A program made the position numbers and the translations under genes. Shown in pieces: positions 47,486 to 55,501 of a DNA stretch of 64,000 nt. Position 1 is the stretch's first letter; each line of letters begins with the position of its first letter. The notes under the pieces are model-generated. The model searched no databases. It saw only the letters and a list, made by a program, of their open reading frames with translations, and had not been told where the DNA came from. This stretch comes from Bacteroidales bacterium (GTDB lineage: Bacteria > Bacteroidota > Bacteroidia > Bacteroidales > UBA932), in assembly GCA_016285455.1 (NCBI GenBank), contig JAEEQS010000008.1, positions 4,449 to 68,448 of the forward strand, read 5' to 3'.

Positions 47486-47493
47486 CAAAACTA
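47486..47493 (-). promoter_or_regulatory. Candidate -7 box TAGTTTTG for the small-ORF/lipoprotein cassette
   Basis: It matches TAnnTTTG on the minus strand. Confidence 0.4.
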
Positions 47494-47582
47494 CTTTTCC
47501 TGTTCCTCTTTGCGTTCATTATTTTTCATTAATTTAAGGTCTGAATCGTGCCAAAAAAGCATTAATTAACCAGGATTCTTGA

Positions 47583-47590
47583 TATTTTTG
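47583..47590 (+). promoter_or_regulatory. Candidate -7 box TATTTTTG for the ygjP-like gene
   Basis: It matches TAnnTTTG and lies 17 nt upstream of the ATG at 47608. Confidence 0.4.
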
Positions 47591-47607
47591 CATAAGAAGA
47601 TTATAAT

Positions 47608-48225
47608 ATGGCGCTTCAGGCTAGAACGGTTAAGTATGAGAACGGGCTTGGTAATGTAACCTACACAAAGTATCCTCAGAGCCGGTCTTTCAGGGTGATT
47701 GTCTCTTCCAAGGGGGAGGTTAAGGTCACTCTTCCGGTCTATGCGTCATATCATGACGCCGAAAAGTTCCTGTTTTCCGTAGGCGGAAAGATTCTGGCCA
47801 GAAGGCAGGAGATCCTCAAGCGGCTGGAAGCTCAGGCCCAGGCCGGAGCGCCGTCTGACTACCAGACAAACAAGCTTGCCCACAAGATATTGCCCCAGAG
47901 AACACGCCAGATGTACGAGATGATGACTCAGAAGGTGACCATCCGCAACCGTCTGGGACTGGTGGTTAAGGATCCGTTCCGCTATAACCGTGTTGCAATC
48001 AAGAACAACTCCTCCAACTGGGGCAGCTGCTCAACCCTCAGGAACATCAACCTTAATATGAATCTTGTAAAACTTCCGCCGGAACTTATGGACTATGTTA
48101 TTGCCCACGAGCTTTGCCACCTGGTCTATCCCAACCACAGCCAGCGGTTCCACGCCCTTCTGAATGCAATAACGGACGGAAAGGAAAAAGCCCTTGCCGC
48201 CCGTCTAAAAAGAATCAAGCTATAA
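47608..48225 (+). CDS. YgjP-like M48/DUF45 family metal-dependent hydrolase
   Basis: The C-terminal motif is VIAHELCHLVYPNHSQRFHALL (HExxH followed by NHS). Confidence 0.82.
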   Translation: MALQARTVKYENGLGNVTYTKYPQSRSFRVIVSSKGEVKVTLPVYASYHDAEKFLFSVGGKILARRQEILKRLEAQAQAGAPSDYQTNKLAHKILPQRTRQMYEMMTQKVTIRNRLGLVVKDPFRYNRVAIKNNSSNWGSCSTLRNINLNMNLVKLPPELMDYVIAHELCHLVYPNHSQRFHALLNAITDGKEKALAARLKRIKL

Positions 48226-48233
48226 AGTTAAAC

Positions 48234-48902
48234 CTATCTGAAATTGTACCCGACTCCTAACCCAAATTGGATAGTCCTGTATCTCTTGATGCCTTTTGCT
48301 CTGTCCAATAAATCTGGATTGACGGTCAAGATAACATTCAGGTTGTTAAAATTGAAGCCAACCCCCGTCCTGACTTTGAGGTTTGTCTTGCGAAAGAGAT
48401 CCGGCAATTCATAACCATCAGGTTTGTAGTTAAAGATGTATCTTAACTCCGGACCAGCAAACAAATCAATACTCATCTTGTTTTTTATCGGAAAACTGAT
48501 TCCTGCAACCGCATTGATTTTTGCGCCGGCTTCTAAAGAATATCTTCCAGATTGGGCCATTACATTATAAGGATTTGGTCCCTCGAAAATTTCTCCAGAT
48601 GTTGCGCCAGACGCATAATAAAGATATCTGCCAGGCAACGGCAACTTTGAGAAAACAAATCCTACCGCTTCTTCAATATACAAATGGTTTCTTAAAAAAT
48701 GTTTTCCTCCTATATCTAAGCCAAAGCCTAAAGTTCCATCTTTTTTCATTGGAGGGTGTTTTTTGTCTCCTTCTTGAACAGAAGTATAATAATCAACGGA
48801 CCCATTGACTCTGACAAAAGCATTATTTGTTTTGATTCGTTGTCCAAAAGAAGTGGAACCTATAGATATTAGCAGAATCAAAAAAGTATAAAACTTGTTC
48901 AC
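48234..48902 (-). CDS. Low-GC small outer-membrane beta-barrel-like protein (hypothetical), GTG start
   Basis: It has a signal peptide (MNKFYTFLILLISIGSTSFGQ), a beta-strand pattern and a C-terminal GVGYNFR. Sampled GC is ~37% against ~50% in the flanks. Confidence 0.5.
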   Translation of the reverse strand: MNKFYTFLILLISIGSTSFGQRIKTNNAFVRVNGSVDYYTSVQEGDKKHPPMKKDGTLGFGLDIGGKHFLRNHLYIEEAVGFVFSKLPLPGRYLYYASGATSGEIFEGPNPYNVMAQSGRYSLEAGAKINAVAGISFPIKNKMSIDLFAGPELRYIFNYKPDGYELPDLFRKTNLKVRTGVGFNFNNLNVILTVNPDLLDRAKGIKRYRTIQFGLGVGYNFR

Positions 48903-48980
48903 ACTAATAACAACATATTAAAAATAAAAACTAATTATTTTTTCTGCTGAAATGGTGACACCAATTGTAAATCTGTATAA

Positions 48981-49715
48981 TTACTTCATCTTGACGAATG
49001 TGGTGCCGTTGAATTCGTAGCGCACAGGAGTGGCCATTTCCCAAAGCCGGTCATCTTCAATATAGCTAGGCCTGAGTTCCAGAACGCAGTCGTCTTGCTC
49101 GCCGTGCCTGAGGTCCAGGCCGTGGAGAGTGTTCTTCTTGGAGGCATACTCCTTTTTCATATAGTTCACCTCTTTCTTCAAGTCTGCCGGAATCTCAACT
49201 CCCTCAAAGAACTCGTCGAAATTTGGAGCCTTTATAGGGCACTCGACTTCTGTCAGAGAGCCGTTTTTGTAGGTGTATGTCTTCATATTGTCAAGAACGG
49301 CACCGTCTACTCCGGCTTCGGTGTAGAAGAGTACGTAGTAGCTGCCCTCATCGTTGAGCATAGGATAGCAGTCTACATAAACAATGTTGTAGATGCCGCC
49401 TTCTCCGTTCATCGCGCTGATTTTGTACGGAGACGTGTATTCGTCAAATACGCGCTTTGTTTCTGTGGCCTCCCTGTAGATGGAATCATTGATCCTTTCT
49501 GAAATCAGGCTGCGGTCTATGAGTTTAAGCACATCCTGGGCAACGTCCGGTCCGCTGTAAGTCTGCTGAGGCTGGACTTCAGGCTCCGGAGTCTGGACTG
49601 TAGCGGTCTGGGTAGAATCCGTTGCGGCGGGAGCTGCATTCTCCCCCGGCTTGTTCTTGCAGCCAAAGAGTATAGCAAGAACTATAAGTACCGACAATAA
49701 TCTGTAAGCTTTCAT
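48981..49715 (-). CDS. Hypothetical lipoprotein
   Basis: It has a lipobox (LAILFGCKN) at the trimmed start (ATG at 49715) and a Pro/Thr/Gln-rich linker. I recognised no family. Confidence 0.55.
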   Translation of the reverse strand: MKAYRLLSVLIVLAILFGCKNKPGENAAPAATDSTQTATVQTPEPEVQPQQTYSGPDVAQDVLKLIDRSLISERINDSIYREATETKRVFDEYTSPYKISAMNGEGGIYNIVYVDCYPMLNDEGSYYVLFYTEAGVDGAVLDNMKTYTYKNGSLTEVECPIKAPNFDEFFEGVEIPADLKKEVNYMKKEYASKKNTLHGLDLRHGEQDDCVLELRPSYIEDDRLWEMATPVRYEFNGTTFVKMK

Positions 49716-49716
49716 A

Positions 49717-49992
49717 TTATTTCTGGCTGAGAGCGCTGAGCCTTTCGTAAAGGGCGTCAATGCCCTCGATAAGCTCTTTGTTTACGCCTTTGTAATACTT
49801 GTCGGCCTTGATTTCTGCCGGACGATGGTTTACCTTGTCCATCAGGTCATCCTGAAGGTCCAGGGCGTCGCCGATGATTTCTCCCACCTTGTCCATCTTT
49901 TCTTCTCCGTTAAGCTCCAGATAGATGAAGCAGTCGTCTACAAGCTCTGCAACAAGGAATTCAACGTCTTTCTTTATATCACGAAGATTCAT
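49717..49992 (-). CDS. Hypothetical small acidic helical protein (91 aa)
   Basis: The ORF has coding-like composition and its stop abuts the next ATG. I recognised no family. Confidence 0.45.
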   Translation of the reverse strand: MNLRDIKKDVEFLVAELVDDCFIYLELNGEEKMDKVGEIIGDALDLQDDLMDKVNHRPAEIKADKYYKGVNKELIEGIDALYERLSALSQK

Positions 49993-50056
49993 ATTTGTAA
50001 TGTTTTAATTGATTGTTTGTTCTATGTAAAAATACGAAAAATCAGTTCTGAGTAAA

Positions 50057-51154
50057 TCACCACGGTCGTTTGCCGGAAAGGCGAAGACGCTCGGATAACG
50101 GGGTTAGGGGAGCTGCGAGGCCTACGGCAGGTATATTGTGCTGTTCTCCGCTGATGTCAAAGCGCAGCGATGCACCGTTACTGCGGACTTCCATGGTGAC
50201 AGGTGCGCCCATCACCAGCGGCAGGTTCACGTCTCCGTGTCCGGCTGGAAAGCCGCACAGGACAGGGATATTATAGGACTTCAAGTATTTACGCAGCATT
50301 GCTTCCACGCTCTCGTCGGTAAATTCCTTGCCGCAGTCGGTAAACTCGCCAAGGATGACGCCCTTGCAGCGATTCAGGACCCCGTTCATCATAAGGATGG
50401 TAAACTGCCTGTCGATGTTGTGCATAGACTCTTCGACCTCTTCGATGAAGAGAATCAGGTCGCGGCCGGCGGTGGCGTCAGCCTGAGTTCCCAGATTAGG
50501 GGCAAAGGTGCAGAGATTTCCTCCTACCAGGACTCCGCGTGCAAAACCCTCGATATTCTGGGGATGAGCCGGCACTTCATAGAGCGGCACATTGCCCAGA
50601 AGCAGATCTCGCATCAGCGTGCTGGTCAGATCCTGGCCGCCCTTGGCAAGGAATGAACTCATCGTACCTTGTATGCTCATCACGCCGGCACGGTTCAGCA
50701 GGCCGTGAAGGGTGGTGATGTCGCTGAAGCCTACAAGCCATTTCGGATGAGCGGACAGTTCTTTGAGCTTCAGCTCGTCGATGAGCTGGATGGTTCCGTA
50801 ACCGCCGCGGTTGCAGATGATGGCCTTGATGGAAGGATCGTTAAGGGCCCAGCGGATGTCGCTTACACGCTCCTCGACGGTTCCAGCATATTGGCCGTCA
50901 TACTTCTTGCCCACGTTCGGCCCGATGACTGGTTCCAGGCCCCAAGTGCGAAGCAGTTCAGCAGTCTTCTCCACATTCTCCATCGGCGTGAAAAATGATG
51001 GGGAAATAAGCGCGACCTTGTCGCCCTTTTTCAGATAGTCCGGTTTCCTGCAGTTAAGGGTAACGTGCTTATGCCTGGAAGAATCATCAATCTTTTCGCA
51101 GGACATAGTCAACAGTCCGCAAAGGGCAGCTAAGATAAAAAGGCGTAATTTCAT
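50057..51154 (-). CDS. S66-family LD-carboxypeptidase (muramoyltetrapeptide carboxypeptidase, LdcA/YkfA-like), lipoprotein
   Basis: It has a lipobox (LLTMSCE), the nucleophile motif GFSDITTLH, and a C-terminal FPAGHG histidine region. Confidence 0.85.
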   Translation of the reverse strand: MKLRLFILAALCGLLTMSCEKIDDSSRHKHVTLNCRKPDYLKKGDKVALISPSFFTPMENVEKTAELLRTWGLEPVIGPNVGKKYDGQYAGTVEERVSDIRWALNDPSIKAIICNRGGYGTIQLIDELKLKELSAHPKWLVGFSDITTLHGLLNRAGVMSIQGTMSSFLAKGGQDLTSTLMRDLLLGNVPLYEVPAHPQNIEGFARGVLVGGNLCTFAPNLGTQADATAGRDLILFIEEVEESMHNIDRQFTILMMNGVLNRCKGVILGEFTDCGKEFTDESVEAMLRKYLKSYNIPVLCGFPAGHGDVNLPLVMGAPVTMEVRSNGASLRFDISGEQHNIPAVGLAAPLTPLSERLRLSGKRPW

Positions 51155-51156
51155 TT

Positions 51157-52347
51157 TTATTCCTCTGCTGCATATTTGAGGTCTACGCCCTTGTTCATCT
51201 CAAGTCCGAGACCTGGCTTGGATGAAGGAACGATTCTTCCGTCAACTACGGTTGAGGAGTGGAACACGTCATTTGCAATCAGCCAGTTTCCGTCAAGGTC
51301 TGTCCATTCGCAGACAGGAGCGATCTGTGCTCCGGCGGCGATGGCTACTGATGTTTCTGTCATACATCCAATCATCAGCTTCATTCCCAATGCCTGAGCA
51401 AGGGAAACCATCTCCCTTGCCTCGTGCAGTCCGGTGCACTTCATCAGTTTGATGTTGATTCCGGAATAGTGGCCGTAGAGCTTCTTCACATCGCTGAGCC
51501 TCTGGCAAGCCTCGTCTGCCATAATAGGAAGCGGGCTTCTCTCTGTGAGCCAGCCGGTCTCTTCAAGCATCAGTTTAGGCATAGGCTGCTCAATCATATT
51601 AACGTTCTTGGTTGCCAGCCAGTTGATCATGTCAAGAGCATAGTGTTTGTCTTTCCATCCCTGGTTTGCGTCGATGCAGATAGTTGTATCGGTGACTTCG
51701 CGGATGGTGTTGATCATCATCTTGTCCTGCTCCTCGGTTCTTCCGAGCTTTACCTTGATCAGATGGCCTTCAGCGGCTGCTTCCTTGGCCTTCTCCAAGA
51801 CTTCTGCCCTGTCTGCCAGACCTACGGTAAAGGAGTTGTAAGGGCAGTTCTTAGGGTCGAATCCCCAGATCTTCCACCACGGCTGTCCAAAGATGTTTCC
51901 AACCAGATCGTGGAGGGCGATGTCTATAGAAGCTTTTGCAGCGCAGTTGTTGGTGGTGATAGCATCCATTTCGGCCATTATGTCGCCGATCATAAACGGA
52001 TCCTTGAACTTCTTCAGCACCGGCCTGGCCTTCTTCAGGTAGTCGATCGCTGAGTTAGTTGTTTCTCCCAGATATGGCGGCATTGCGGCCTCTCCGTATC
52101 CGGTGTATCCGTCGTAGGTGATTCTGGTTAGAACGATAGGGGTTGTGGTTCTGGAGTTGTTGGAGATGGTGAACACGTGTTTCATCTTTGCGGTGAACGG
52201 GCACCATTCCAGTTCAAGCTCCTTCTTTCCGTTCGGCTTGGAGGAGAAGCCTCCCTTAGCCCTTGCGAAAATCTGTGATGGACTCAGAAGAGCAGCAGCT
52301 GCAGTCAGCAATCCGGCGCTCTTCAAGAAAGTTCTTCTGTCGGTCAT
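51157..52347 (-). CDS. Enolase-superfamily dipeptide epimerase (L-Ala-D/L-Glu epimerase, YkfB-like) with twin-arginine signal
   Basis: It has a Tat motif (DRRTFLKSAG). MLE-subgroup motifs are present (KVKLGR, IDANQGW, IEQP, MADEAC, NIKLMKCTG, DLDG). Confidence 0.85.
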   Translation of the reverse strand: MTDRRTFLKSAGLLTAAAALLSPSQIFARAKGGFSSKPNGKKELELEWCPFTAKMKHVFTISNNSRTTTPIVLTRITYDGYTGYGEAAMPPYLGETTNSAIDYLKKARPVLKKFKDPFMIGDIMAEMDAITTNNCAAKASIDIALHDLVGNIFGQPWWKIWGFDPKNCPYNSFTVGLADRAEVLEKAKEAAAEGHLIKVKLGRTEEQDKMMINTIREVTDTTICIDANQGWKDKHYALDMINWLATKNVNMIEQPMPKLMLEETGWLTERSPLPIMADEACQRLSDVKKLYGHYSGINIKLMKCTGLHEAREMVSLAQALGMKLMIGCMTETSVAIAAGAQIAPVCEWTDLDGNWLIANDVFHSSTVVDGRIVPSSKPGLGLEMNKGVDLKYAAEE

Positions 52348-52390
52348 CTGTGTATGTTTTTAATAGTTAAATGTTTATCTCAGCGATAGT

Positions 52391-53602
52391 TTATTCTGTA
52401 ATTCCGATATTCTTGACGCTTATAACGCCCTTGCCCTGGTCTGCGGTGCCGATGATGCGGCGGGCCTTGAGCATTCTTTTTGCTCCGGCGTAATAGTCTT
52501 CCTCTCCAGGAATCAGGCTGTTGATTCTCACTACGTTGGATGAGTGGATGATCTTTCCGTCTCCCATATAGATAGCTACGTGGGTAACCCTCTCTCTTCT
52601 GCCGTTCTCTGCCTTGCGCCCGAAGAAAATCAGGTCTCCAGGCCTAAGATCTGAGAGGGCATCTTTTGTGTAATCTCCTTCAACAAAGCGGTGCACGTCC
52701 ACGCTGTCTCCGGTCTTGCACTGCTGCGATGCGTCTCTTCTGAGAACATAGCCGTTGAGGAAGTAAGTGCTCTTGCTCAATCCGCTGCAGTCTACGCCCT
52801 TAAAGCTGGTTCCGCCCCATACGTAAGGGAAGCCGCAGAATTGCTTTGCAGTTTCCACGATGTTCTTCTCTGTTGGCTCAGCGTTATCCATCCAGGTCTT
52901 GAGGTCTACAACGTCAGATGCCGGAACATATCCCGTTCTGCCGTCTGCTACGGATACTTTCCTCCAGCTTCCGTGCTTTCCCTCATCCAGCATTATGCAG
53001 CCCCAAACAAGGTCGCTAACCGGAAGGCTGTTAACATTTTTCTCAGAGTATATGGTTGAGTACTTTGCCTTTACAAAAACCTTTGGTTTTGCCAGATAGG
53101 CTTTGTACTCTTCCTCGGTCATTGCCTTTATGCTGCGGGTAATAACCCAGGCCGTGTAGCCTTCCATATTGATGCAGCGGTACCAGTCGTCCCTTTCCTC
53201 AAGGATCGTAACCGGCATTCCCATCAGGGCCTGCGTTCCGCTCTCGGCGCTGAAGCTTCCGTTGCAGTTGAAGCTGGCGGTGGACATGCAGACGATGCCG
53301 TAAGTCTTGCCGTTCAGCTTTTTGGACGGAAGAAGGTCTATCTTGTTCACAGCCTTGATCCCGGCCTTGCCAAGCCTTGAAAACAGGGCGTCTATGGCTT
53401 CCTTTTCAGTGGTAGAACCTACCAGGGTAAGCGTGCCCTTGTTGTCAATCAGGGAAACCTCGTAGGTCTTGTCCCTCTCGTCAGGGGCGTAGGTGTCACG
53501 TACTTCGTTGTTGATTCTCAGGAACAGCTGATTTACGTTCTGTCCAAAACCTGAAACGTTCAGCAAAAGGGCTGCAGAAAGCAGCAGGAAGATTCTTTTC
53601 AT
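52391..53602 (-). CDS. NlpC/P60 (C40) peptidase with N-terminal SH3-like domains (YkfC-like gamma-D-Glu-L-diamino acid endopeptidase)
   Basis: It has a signal peptide at the trimmed start (ATG at 53602), the catalytic Cys GVDCSGL and the His context THVAIYMGDGKIIHSS. Confidence 0.85.
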   Translation of the reverse strand: MKRIFLLLSAALLLNVSGFGQNVNQLFLRINNEVRDTYAPDERDKTYEVSLIDNKGTLTLVGSTTEKEAIDALFSRLGKAGIKAVNKIDLLPSKKLNGKTYGIVCMSTASFNCNGSFSAESGTQALMGMPVTILEERDDWYRCINMEGYTAWVITRSIKAMTEEEYKAYLAKPKVFVKAKYSTIYSEKNVNSLPVSDLVWGCIMLDEGKHGSWRKVSVADGRTGYVPASDVVDLKTWMDNAEPTEKNIVETAKQFCGFPYVWGGTSFKGVDCSGLSKSTYFLNGYVLRRDASQQCKTGDSVDVHRFVEGDYTKDALSDLRPGDLIFFGRKAENGRRERVTHVAIYMGDGKIIHSSNVVRINSLIPGEEDYYAGAKRMLKARRIIGTADQGKGVISVKNIGITE

Positions 53603-53642
53603 CGGCGATAGTTTTAACAGATAACAAATATACAAAATTTAG

Positions 53643-53650
53643 TAACTTTG
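53643..53650 (+). promoter_or_regulatory. Candidate -7 box TAACTTTG
   Basis: It matches TAnnTTTG and lies 18 nt upstream of the ATG at 53669. Confidence 0.4.
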
Positions 53651-53668
53651 TAAAAACACATTATACCT

Positions 53669-54484
53669 ATGAAAAGAATCCTGACCATCTCAGCCATTTT
53701 TGCGGTTTCAGCATTGTCTGTTTGCTGCAAATCCAATAGCCAGACGCAGACCCGGCAGGCTCCGGTAAAGACTCCGGAGGCCGGAACCTTGACCGCCTAC
53801 TATGCCACAGAAGATTTCAGCGATGTCACTAGCGCCTATAATTTCGAGAAGGGAGATTTGATCTGCGATGACAATAATGAATACAACTCCATAGTCGACT
53901 ATGATGCAGACAACTACAAGTTTCTCCCAGAAGAAGCCGAAGATGGCACCGTGTATGGCGCATTCGTCTTCCCTAAGTCCAAGGCCGAAAAGGTTGTTTA
54001 CAACCAGAACCAGCTGACAACCGAACTTGTCGGGGACAGGATAGTCTTCAAAGATAAAGACGGCAACCTGGCCACCATATTCAAGTCTAGCAGAAACGGC
54101 CAGCCTTTATACATAATGAATGACGAGAAATGGGAATTTGAACCAGGTCCACAGGAGCTTCTGAAACGGTATGACAACTGCTATGTGATCACTGTCCATT
54201 TCCCTGACGGACTGTTTGAAGAGCCGCTGGAAACCCGGGGAGACATCATCAAGCTGTATAATTACGAAGAGGATGCTGCAAACCCTACATATTCCGGAGC
54301 TATAGAGGACGGCTGGTATGTAAAAGGAGACTGGGACTACAGGAAATCCGCTTATGACGAAAACGGAAATCTTCTGGTTCCGCTGGAAAGGACAGTGGAT
54401 ATCCCTGTTACCCATTCCGTTGCCTACATAGGTTCTCTTGACGCCCTCTACGTAGACGGCACCCTCTACTACAGGGTCAAGTAA
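53669..54484 (+). CDS. Hypothetical lipoprotein
   Basis: It has a lipobox (ALSVCCKS). I recognised no family. Confidence 0.5.
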   Translation: MKRILTISAIFAVSALSVCCKSNSQTQTRQAPVKTPEAGTLTAYYATEDFSDVTSAYNFEKGDLICDDNNEYNSIVDYDADNYKFLPEEAEDGTVYGAFVFPKSKAEKVVYNQNQLTTELVGDRIVFKDKDGNLATIFKSSRNGQPLYIMNDEKWEFEPGPQELLKRYDNCYVITVHFPDGLFEEPLETRGDIIKLYNYEEDAANPTYSGAIEDGWYVKGDWDYRKSAYDENGNLLVPLERTVDIPVTHSVAYIGSLDALYVDGTLYYRVK

Positions 54485-54502
54485 AGTAACGGGGCCGGGG
54501 CG

Positions 54503-55414
54503 ATGGCAGAACTGAACTCGTTTGTGGACTTTTTCCGTAAGAAGTACGGAGCGCGTATGCAGAAGGTGGTTGTGGACGCTGGCTTCACGTGCCCCAACCG
54601 CGACGGCAGCAAAGGCACGGGCGGATGTTCCTTCTGCCTCAATAACGCCTTCCATCCCAACTACTGCACTCCGGACAAGCCCATCCACCAGCAGATAGAC
54701 GAGGGCATCGAATTCCACCGGGTCCGTTACCGCCATGCCCAGCGCTACATAGCTTACTTTCAGCCATACAGCAATACTTACGCCCCGGTTGAAAGACTCC
54801 GGGAACTCTACGCCGAGGCCCTTTCCCATCCCCTTATCGAGGGCCTCGTCATCGGCACCCGCCCTGACTGCATCGATGAAGAAAAACTGGATCTTTTAAA
54901 GAGCATTGAAGAAGATGGAAAGATAGTAATCATTGAGTACGGGATAGAGAGCTGCTACGACAAGACTCTGGAGAGGATTGGCCGAGGGCATGACTTCGAT
55001 TGTGCCAGACGGGCGGTGGAAGCAACGGCCAAGCGGGGCCTTACCCAGTGCGCCCACTTCATCTTCGGCCTTCCGGGAGAAACACTCCAGATGATGATGG
55101 ACGAGGCGGACATCATCAACACCCTGCCTCTGACAAGCGTCAAGTTCCACCAGCTGCAGATAATCAAGGGAACGAGGATGGAGGAGGTATTCCGTACTCA
55201 GCGACAGGATTTCCACGAGTTCACCCTGGACGGCTATCTGGACTTCATGGCGGAGTTCATCCCGCGCCTCAGGAACGACATCTACATTGACCGCTTTGCC
55301 AGCGAGGTTCCTCCGCGATATCTCTCTCCGCTTCAGAAAGGCTGGGGCCTGATCCGCTACCAGGAACTCCTCGCCATGCTCCGTCAGCGCATGTCCGCTC
55401 CCGCTGACACATAG
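54503..55414 (+). CDS. Radical SAM protein, TIGR01212 (YhcC-like) family
   Basis: It contains VVDAGFTCPNRDGSKGTGGCSFCLN, and its length and colinearity fit the YhcC-like family. Confidence 0.8.
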   Translation: MAELNSFVDFFRKKYGARMQKVVVDAGFTCPNRDGSKGTGGCSFCLNNAFHPNYCTPDKPIHQQIDEGIEFHRVRYRHAQRYIAYFQPYSNTYAPVERLRELYAEALSHPLIEGLVIGTRPDCIDEEKLDLLKSIEEDGKIVIIEYGIESCYDKTLERIGRGHDFDCARRAVEATAKRGLTQCAHFIFGLPGETLQMMMDEADIINTLPLTSVKFHQLQIIKGTRMEEVFRTQRQDFHEFTLDGYLDFMAEFIPRLRNDIYIDRFASEVPPRYLSPLQKGWGLIRYQELLAMLRQRMSAPADT

Positions 55415-55488
55415 AACGGGACAGCGGGAGCACTTTGGAGTATAAAACGTGCCTGCTGACACACGTATTGGGACAGCAAAAGCACTTG
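55398..55488 (+). repeat. Two imperfect 33 nt direct repeats (period 52 nt), each able to form a hairpin
   Basis: Copy 1 is GCTGACACAtagaacGGGACAGCgggAGCACTT at 55403-55435. Copy 2 is GCTGACACAcgtattGGGACAGCaaaAGCACTT at 55455-55487, with 25/33 identical. In copy 1, CTCCCGCTG (55398-55406) pairs with CAGCGGGAG (55422-55430). Confidence 0.5.
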
Positions 55489-55501
55489 AAAATAAAGTTA
55501 T

